In this document: positions 34,629-39,314 of the stretch, piece after piece
How the letters are laid out: every line of letters starts with the position of its first letter
Numbering within the stretch: position 1 is the first letter of the stretch
Assembly (NCBI GenBank): GCA_024696325.1
Contig: JAILGY010000036.1
Location: 1 to 39,314, forward strand
DNA from: a bacterium
GTDB lineage: Bacteria; Desulfobacterota; Desulfuromonadia; Desulfuromonadales; JAAYDE01
DNA length: 39,314 nt
Direction of reading: 5' to 3'
The notes under the pieces: generated by a model
Told to the model about the DNA's origin: nothing
The model's input: the letters and a program-made list of their open reading frames with translations, nothing else
Database searches by the model: none
Made by a program: the position numbers and the translations under genes

Positions 34629-34833
34629 GGCATCCGCCTCCCATGAAGTAGAGAAACTCCACCTCGTCGTTCTCCTGCAGAACCGTTGCCGCGAAATCCC
34701 GCCGGTCGACAAAGTTTCCGTTTATGGAAACCGTGACATATTCCGGCGATTCAATACCTTCCTGCTCAATCAGGGCGGGAAGCGCTATTCCTGCCGGAAC
34801 TTCTTTTTCCGTACCAGATACAACAATATGCAT
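34612..34833 (-). CDS. ThiS/MoaD-family sulfur-carrier protein with a C-terminal extension beyond the Gly-Gly motif
   Basis: 73 aa. ThiS-like fold signature (VSINGNFVDRRDFAATVLQENDEVEFLYFMGGG) followed by CHGFEQ. GGAGGGAG RBS. Overlaps the thiF-like start by 17 nt. Confidence 0.75.
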   Translation of the reverse strand: MHIVVSGTEKEVPAGIALPALIEQEGIESPEYVTVSINGNFVDRRDFAATVLQENDEVEFLYFMGGGCHGFEQ

Positions 34834-34850
34834 CTTGATTTTCTCCCTCC

Positions 34851-36083
34851 TCAGGCGTTTGCCCTGGCAATCGCCTGCGCAAAATCATGGGTCAAATCGC
34901 CGATATCCTCAATGCCCGCGCTTACACGCACGGTATCGTCATGAACGCCCGCTGCAAGCCGGCGTTCTTCCGTATTATTCTTGCAGATCGTCGAGGCAGG
35001 ATGCACCGCAATCGTCCGTACATCTCCAATATTGCTGACAATTTTGACATATTCCAGAGCATTCAGGATACGGTAGGCCCGTTCCTTCGAGCCTGCCCGG
35101 AATGTAAGGATGCCGCCGCCCAAACCGCGCAGTTCTTCCTGTACAAGCCCGCCATAGGGATTGCCGGGCAAAGTCGGATAGTTGACATCCCGGACCCCTT
35201 CCATTCCCGCCAGTGCCCGCGCAAGCCGGTCCGCATTGTCACAGATATGCTCCATCCGGATTCCCAGAGTTTCCATCCCGACAACGTTCAGAAACGCGTT
35301 CATGGGTGAGAGGCAGGCGCCCAGGTTTTCCCACAGATCGGTACGCAACCGGACCAGATAGGCCTGTTTCCCGTATTTCCGGAACCTGTTCAATGCGGGG
35401 AACCGGTCAAAATCCCAGTCAAATCTGCCGCCGTCCACTATGACGCCACTGATCGCGTTGCTCCCTCCGTTGATGTATTTCGATCCTGAATGCACCACGA
35501 TATCCGCCCCCAGCGACAGGGGATTGGCAAGAAACGGCGTGGCTGTCGTATTGTCCACAATGAGCGGGATTCCTCTTGCATGTGCAAACGCGGCAACGCT
35601 TTTTACATCCACCACATCCAGCCCCGGATTGCCAATCAGTTCGCAGTAGATCGCCCTTGTCCGCTCCGTCACAAGGTCCCCCAGTTCTTCAACACAAACA
35701 TGGCGCACAAAAGCGACATTGATGCCGAACTGGCGCAGATCCTCGAACAGATCGAAGGTGCCGCCGTACAATCCGCTTCCCGCGACGATCTCGTCACCAG
35801 AGCTCAGTATGTTCAACAGGGACAAGGCCACAGCTGCCATGCCGGAAGCCGTGGCCAACGCGCCGTTTCCTCCCTCCAGTTCGTTCATCCGCTGCTCGAA
35901 AGCGGCCACAGTAGGATTGCCAATCCGGCTGTAGGCAAACCCGGCTTTCCGGTGATGAAACACCTGTTCATGCTCTTCGGCGCTTGCATAGGCAAAGGCA
36001 TTGACCTGACTGACCGGAGGCAGAGTCGCCCCGGCAAAATAACCGGATGCGGCTCCATGCAGCAGCCTGGTATTGAAATGCAT
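34851..36083 (-). CDS. metY: O-acetylhomoserine/O-acetylserine sulfhydrylase family PLP enzyme (MetY/Cys-Met metabolism family)
   Basis: Starts MHFNTRLLHG at the ATG at 36083, after GGGAGG. Motifs YSRIGNPT, SGMAA, HSGSKYINGG (PLP lysine). Confidence 0.85.
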   Translation of the reverse strand: MHFNTRLLHGAASGYFAGATLPPVSQVNAFAYASAEEHEQVFHHRKAGFAYSRIGNPTVAAFEQRMNELEGGNGALATASGMAAVALSLLNILSSGDEIVAGSGLYGGTFDLFEDLRQFGINVAFVRHVCVEELGDLVTERTRAIYCELIGNPGLDVVDVKSVAAFAHARGIPLIVDNTTATPFLANPLSLGADIVVHSGSKYINGGSNAISGVIVDGGRFDWDFDRFPALNRFRKYGKQAYLVRLRTDLWENLGACLSPMNAFLNVVGMETLGIRMEHICDNADRLARALAGMEGVRDVNYPTLPGNPYGGLVQEELRGLGGGILTFRAGSKERAYRILNALEYVKIVSNIGDVRTIAVHPASTICKNNTEERRLAAGVHDDTVRVSAGIEDIGDLTHDFAQAIARANA

Positions 36084-36096
36084 TTCCGCCTCCCTT

Positions 36097-37059
36097 TCAA
36101 ATGACATAGAACCAGCCGGCATCCTCTTCATCCGCCTTCACCCGTTCCACCGGGCGATGCGTGGCATGATTGAACACCAGCTCCTGATTCTTCACGCTGA
36201 CCTTCGTGCCTTCGGGAACCGATTCCGTGATGAAGGTATTGCCGCCGATCACGACATTCCTGCCGATAACCGTATCGCCGCCCAGAATCGAAGCTCCGGA
36301 ATAGATGGTCACGTTATCGCAGATGGTCGGATGCCGTTTCACATTTTTCAGGCGCTGCCCGCCCCTGGTGGAAAGCGCTCCCAGCGTTACTCCCTGATAG
36401 ATTTTGACGTTGTCCCCGATAACCGTGGTTTCCCCAATGACGATGCCCGTCCCATGATCGATGAAAAAATACTTCCCGATGCAGGCTCCGGGATGGATAT
36501 CGATGCCGGTTTCCCGATGCGCATGTTCGGTCATGATGCGGGGAATGAGCGGTATGCCAAGGATATGCAGTTCATGCGCGATTCTATTGACCAGGATTGC
36601 GTACAGGCCGGGATAGGAGAAGATAATCTCATCCTTGTTAAACGCGGCGGGGTCGCCATCATAAGTCGCCTGGATGTCTGTTTCCAGCAATTCCCGTATG
36701 AATGGGATCCGTTCGAGAAAATGGAAGGTCAGCTCAAGTGACAGTTCGTGCAGTTCTTCTTCAGGAAGAGATCTGTATTTTTCCACGCATGGAAGCACAA
36801 TCATAATCTGTTTGGAGAGAACGGAAATGACATCTTCCAAAAGCATCGACGTGTTGTTTTTGGGTGTCAGCACCTTGCATTTCTTGTTGCTGAAAAATCC
36901 TTGGAAAATGATGATTTTCAGGTTTTCCAGCACATCCAGAATCAGTTCCGCGTCCGGATGTTCATGGTTGTTCACCGTGTCAATGTACTTGCTCCCCGCG
37001 TAGCTCCCCATCAGGTTTTCAACAAGACGATCAATTCGACCTGCCAAATCCGTTTTCAT
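36097..37059 (-). CDS. cysE: Serine O-acetyltransferase (hexapeptide-repeat, long N-terminal form)
   Basis: 320 aa. SATase motifs (DPAAFNKDEIIFSYPGLYAILVNRIAHEL, GIDIHPGACIGKYFFIDHGTGIVIGETTVIGDNVKIYQGVTLG). Confidence 0.9.
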   Translation of the reverse strand: MKTDLAGRIDRLVENLMGSYAGSKYIDTVNNHEHPDAELILDVLENLKIIIFQGFFSNKKCKVLTPKNNTSMLLEDVISVLSKQIMIVLPCVEKYRSLPEEELHELSLELTFHFLERIPFIRELLETDIQATYDGDPAAFNKDEIIFSYPGLYAILVNRIAHELHILGIPLIPRIMTEHAHRETGIDIHPGACIGKYFFIDHGTGIVIGETTVIGDNVKIYQGVTLGALSTRGGQRLKNVKRHPTICDNVTIYSGASILGGDTVIGRNVVIGGNTFITESVPEGTKVSVKNQELVFNHATHRPVERVKADEEDAGWFYVI

Positions 37060-37112
37060 ATCCTCTCTCGAATGCTCCTCTCCAAAAGGTTTACCGATAT
37101 TTTTACAATATA

Positions 37113-37129
37113 CCTACTTACATAGTAGG
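37113..37129. promoter_or_regulatory. Palindrome overlapping the predicted cysE-operon transcription start (candidate operator)
   Basis: CCTACT-N5-AGTAGG is a perfect 6-bp inverted repeat. It directly abuts the -10 element. Confidence 0.3.
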
Positions 37130-37158
37130 CTAATATCAGCATGAATTTTCCTTGTCAA
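37130..37158 (-). promoter_or_regulatory. Candidate sigma70 promoter of the cysE-metY-thiS-thiF-JAMM-tusA operon
   Basis: Minus strand reads TTGACA (37158-37153), a 17-nt spacer, then TATTAG (37135-37130), about 70 nt upstream of the cysE ATG. Confidence 0.45.
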
Positions 37159-37323
37159 CAGGAAAGCGGACACCGCCCCCTCAGGAATTGAAGAGTATGT
37201 TGAAGGAAATGTCGGAGAGCGGGGTACGGGGAAGATACAGCCTACAAGGCGATTCTGCCCTCAGGCTGGCTGTGTCCACGAGCCCTTGAGGCAGATTATG
37301 GAAAGCATGCTGGAGATTGACGC

Positions 37324-39069
37324 TTATCCCCAGAAGTGATCGCGCAGGCCGGAAATCCGCGTCACCTGCCGCCGCACCGCCATTTTCAGCGTCTCTTCGG
37401 CAGCGCAGATCGTCACCGCCTCGCGGGCTCGTGTCAGTCCCGTATAGACCAGCTCGCGGGTCAAAAGCCCGGAGGCGGAGTCGGCCAAAACCAGCAGCAC
37501 ACGGTTGAATTCCGAACCCTGGCTTTTATGCACCGTCATGGCGAACACTGTCTCGCAGGCAGGCAGACAAAACGGAGAAAATTTTACAAGCCGGCCTTCG
37601 GCGTTCAAAAAACAGGCCTCGTTGTGAAAGATGACACCGATATCGCCGTTGAACAGATCGAGCTGATAGTTGTTTTCCACTACCATGATCGGCCGGGCAT
37701 GGTAGCGTCCGCCACGGCGCCCGATCAGTGTGCGATTTTGCAGTTCACGCTCCAGCGCGGTGTTGAACGATTCCGCTCCCAGCGTGCCCTGCCGGTGAGA
37801 ACAGAGCACCGCAAAATCCCGGAATCTGTGCAGAAATTCTTCCGGATCGGCACTGGCAAAAAGCCCTTTGTAATAGTCGAGTTCACGCTCCACCACAAGG
37901 GATGCCAGCTCCGTTACCGGGACAGGCGTCATCAGGCGGCAAGGCTCTTCGGAAGACGCTGCCGAAAGCATGTCCCACAGACCAGTCCCCTGCCCGCTTT
38001 TGACCAGACGAGCCGCACGCCCTATGCCTCTTTCACCGTCAAAACGGTAACTCTTTTCCAGCACCACCACTGCATCATCCAGCGGCCGGGCGGCTTCATG
38101 CGCCACAGACGCAAAACCCAGCCGTACAAGCCGGGCCGTAAAATCTGGGGAAAAGATGTTGGAAGTACGCTCGCCGCACAGATCGCCCAGAATGTTCCCC
38201 GCCCCGACCGAGGCCAGCTGATGCTGATCCCCCAGCAAAATCAGACGAGCATCCGGCGGCAGGGCCCGCAGCGTGGCGACCATGAGCTCCAGATCCACCA
38301 TTGATGCCTCATCGATCACCAACAGGTCGCAGGGCAGCGGATTCTTTTCGTTGTGGCGGGGAACTCCGGTAACCGGATTGACGCCCAGAAGCCGGTGCAA
38401 TGTGAGTACCTCTCCGGGAAGCCCGGCCTCGCGCGCCAGACTCTCCCGCAGACGCATCACCGCCTTCCCGGTAAAAGCCGCCAGATACACGCGCAGACCG
38501 GGCCGCTGCGCCGCTATCAGCCGCAAGGTCTGGGAAATAATGGTGGTTTTTCCGGTGCCGGGGCCGCCGGTAATAATGCAAAAACGCCGCAGGGCGGCAA
38601 CCGCAACCGCAAGCAGCTGCGCCTCGTCCAGTGCTTCCAGACTGGCAAGGCCTTCGCGCAAGGCGGCTTCATCCACTTCGACAAAAGAGATCAAAAGCTC
38701 TTCGATGCGGCGGATCAGCTCCCGTTCTCCCTTCCAGAGACGGTTCAAGTAGAGCCTCTCGCCGTCCAGGATCAGCGGACAATGTTCTTCGGGCGCTCCC
38801 ACCACCGAAGTCGCCCGCAACGCCTGCGCCCATGCATGTGGTTCAAGCTTTTCCGGAACACCCAAAGCGCCTGCCTCTTCCGGCGGCAACCAATGCAGCT
38901 CGCGGCAGGCCCGCGGCAGATCAAGACAGACATGGCCACTGGCCTGCCAGCGGCAAACCAGCGCCGCCGCCAGCGCAAGCTCCGGAATCCCGCCGCCCAG
39001 CCGGGTCATCAGATTGGCAAAGTGGCGTTCAAACGGAGAAAAGGCGGTTTCAGCAGGGGCTGCATTCAT
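37324..39069 (-). CDS. recD: Exodeoxyribonuclease V alpha subunit (RecD helicase)
   Basis: 581 aa. Walker A GGPGTGKTT, DEASMVD, LLGDQHQL, and C-terminal TVHKSQGSEF / YTGLTRA motifs typical of RecD. Confidence 0.85.
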   Translation of the reverse strand: MNAAPAETAFSPFERHFANLMTRLGGGIPELALAAALVCRWQASGHVCLDLPRACRELHWLPPEEAGALGVPEKLEPHAWAQALRATSVVGAPEEHCPLILDGERLYLNRLWKGERELIRRIEELLISFVEVDEAALREGLASLEALDEAQLLAVAVAALRRFCIITGGPGTGKTTIISQTLRLIAAQRPGLRVYLAAFTGKAVMRLRESLAREAGLPGEVLTLHRLLGVNPVTGVPRHNEKNPLPCDLLVIDEASMVDLELMVATLRALPPDARLILLGDQHQLASVGAGNILGDLCGERTSNIFSPDFTARLVRLGFASVAHEAARPLDDAVVVLEKSYRFDGERGIGRAARLVKSGQGTGLWDMLSAASSEEPCRLMTPVPVTELASLVVERELDYYKGLFASADPEEFLHRFRDFAVLCSHRQGTLGAESFNTALERELQNRTLIGRRGGRYHARPIMVVENNYQLDLFNGDIGVIFHNEACFLNAEGRLVKFSPFCLPACETVFAMTVHKSQGSEFNRVLLVLADSASGLLTRELVYTGLTRAREAVTICAAEETLKMAVRRQVTRISGLRDHFWG

Positions 39070-39078
39070 TGGGTACTT

Positions 39079-39314
39079 TCATGTGAGTATACCCCTGTTT
39101 CTGAATATCATGCGGCCGACCCAGACGCTAAACAGCCCGCGCAGATCCCTGTACCGCGGTTTCGAAAGACGCTGCAGGAGCAAGCCCAGCACGGAACGTA
39201 TTCTCTCCGGCGTCTTTGCCCCCTCAAAGCGCATCCTGGACAAGAACATATCGCCTATGTTCCATGGCCGGTAGTTTGCATCGCGACCATATAGGAAAGC
39301 ACGGAAGGATCTTC
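39079..39314 (-). CDS. 3' end of the upstream gene in the recD operon, probably recB (partial, runs off the window)
   Basis: A minus-strand frame is open for 78 codons from the window edge to a TGA at 39081-39079, 9 nt before the recD ATG. The assignment rests on recBCD synteny only. I see no diagnostic motif in this short tail. Confidence 0.35.
   Translation of the reverse strand, partial: RSFRAFLYGRDANYRPWNIGDMFLSRMRFEGAKTPERIRSVLGLLLQRLSKPRYRDLRGLFSVWVGRMIFRNRGILT

Noticed and set aside
35490-36741. Plus-strand ORFs of 204 and 222 aa
   Set aside because: They are antisense to metY and cysE, both of which have strong family signatures.
37336-39294. Two plus-strand ORFs (322 and 313 aa)
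   Set aside because: They are antisense to recD. The sequence is Arg/Gln/Pro-rich low complexity.
1-39314. CRISPR arrays, rRNA genes, IS elements or transposases, prophage genes
   Set aside because: By eye I saw no regularly spaced direct repeats, no rRNA-like sequence and no transposase-, integrase- or phage-like ORFs on either strand. A repeat-finder run would be needed to exclude short dispersed repeats.

Overview
This is a roughly 39-kb chromosomal window from a moderately GC-rich bacterium. Its gene content is Fe-S rich and looks anaerobe-like. All calls come from reading the ORF translations and the DNA by eye; no searches or folding were run.

Left third (1-10.7 kb), housekeeping genes:
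- an aldo/keto reductase (AKR) fused to a ferredoxin domain, a NUDIX hydrolase, an FKBP-type PPIase and a DoxX protein
- tRNA-Gln
- a complete livJHMGF branched-chain amino-acid ABC operon
- a second AKR-ferredoxin fusion and a PaaK-type acyl-CoA ligase

Middle (10.7-19.2 kb):
- a visibly AT-richer islet with a DinJ/YafQ toxin-antitoxin pair and an AAA+/DUF4143 ATPase that has a PD-(D/E)XK-like tail
- an otsB-GH65 pair, tRNA-Pro, a PatB/MalY C-S lyase and a pyridoxal kinase

Right half (19.5-37.2 kb), two convergent sulfur operons, which are the main interest:
- Plus strand: a 43-codon ORF with 10 Cys codons ends directly against an intrinsic terminator, a candidate cysteine-sensing attenuator. 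Downstream are sbp-cysTWA, an AprA-like flavoprotein with a ferredoxin, cysD, and cysN carrying a degenerate APS-kinase-like tail. These are followed by a small siroheme-type sulfite reductase, a frameshifted LarE-like PP-loop sulfur transferase, and a BioB with an atypical Cys pattern. The operon ends with a DUF2318 exported Cys4 protein and an HMA/DsbD_2/cupredoxin membrane fusion.
- Minus strand: cysE-metY-thiS-like-thiF/moeB-JAMM-tusA, a protein-thiocarboxylate sulfur-carrier module. The carrier has a GGG-CHGFEQ tail that would need proteolytic removal.

The window ends with recD and the likely 3' end of recB.

Several promoters share a perfect TTGACA-N17-TAnnnT architecture. I saw no CRISPR array, rRNA, transposase or integrase.
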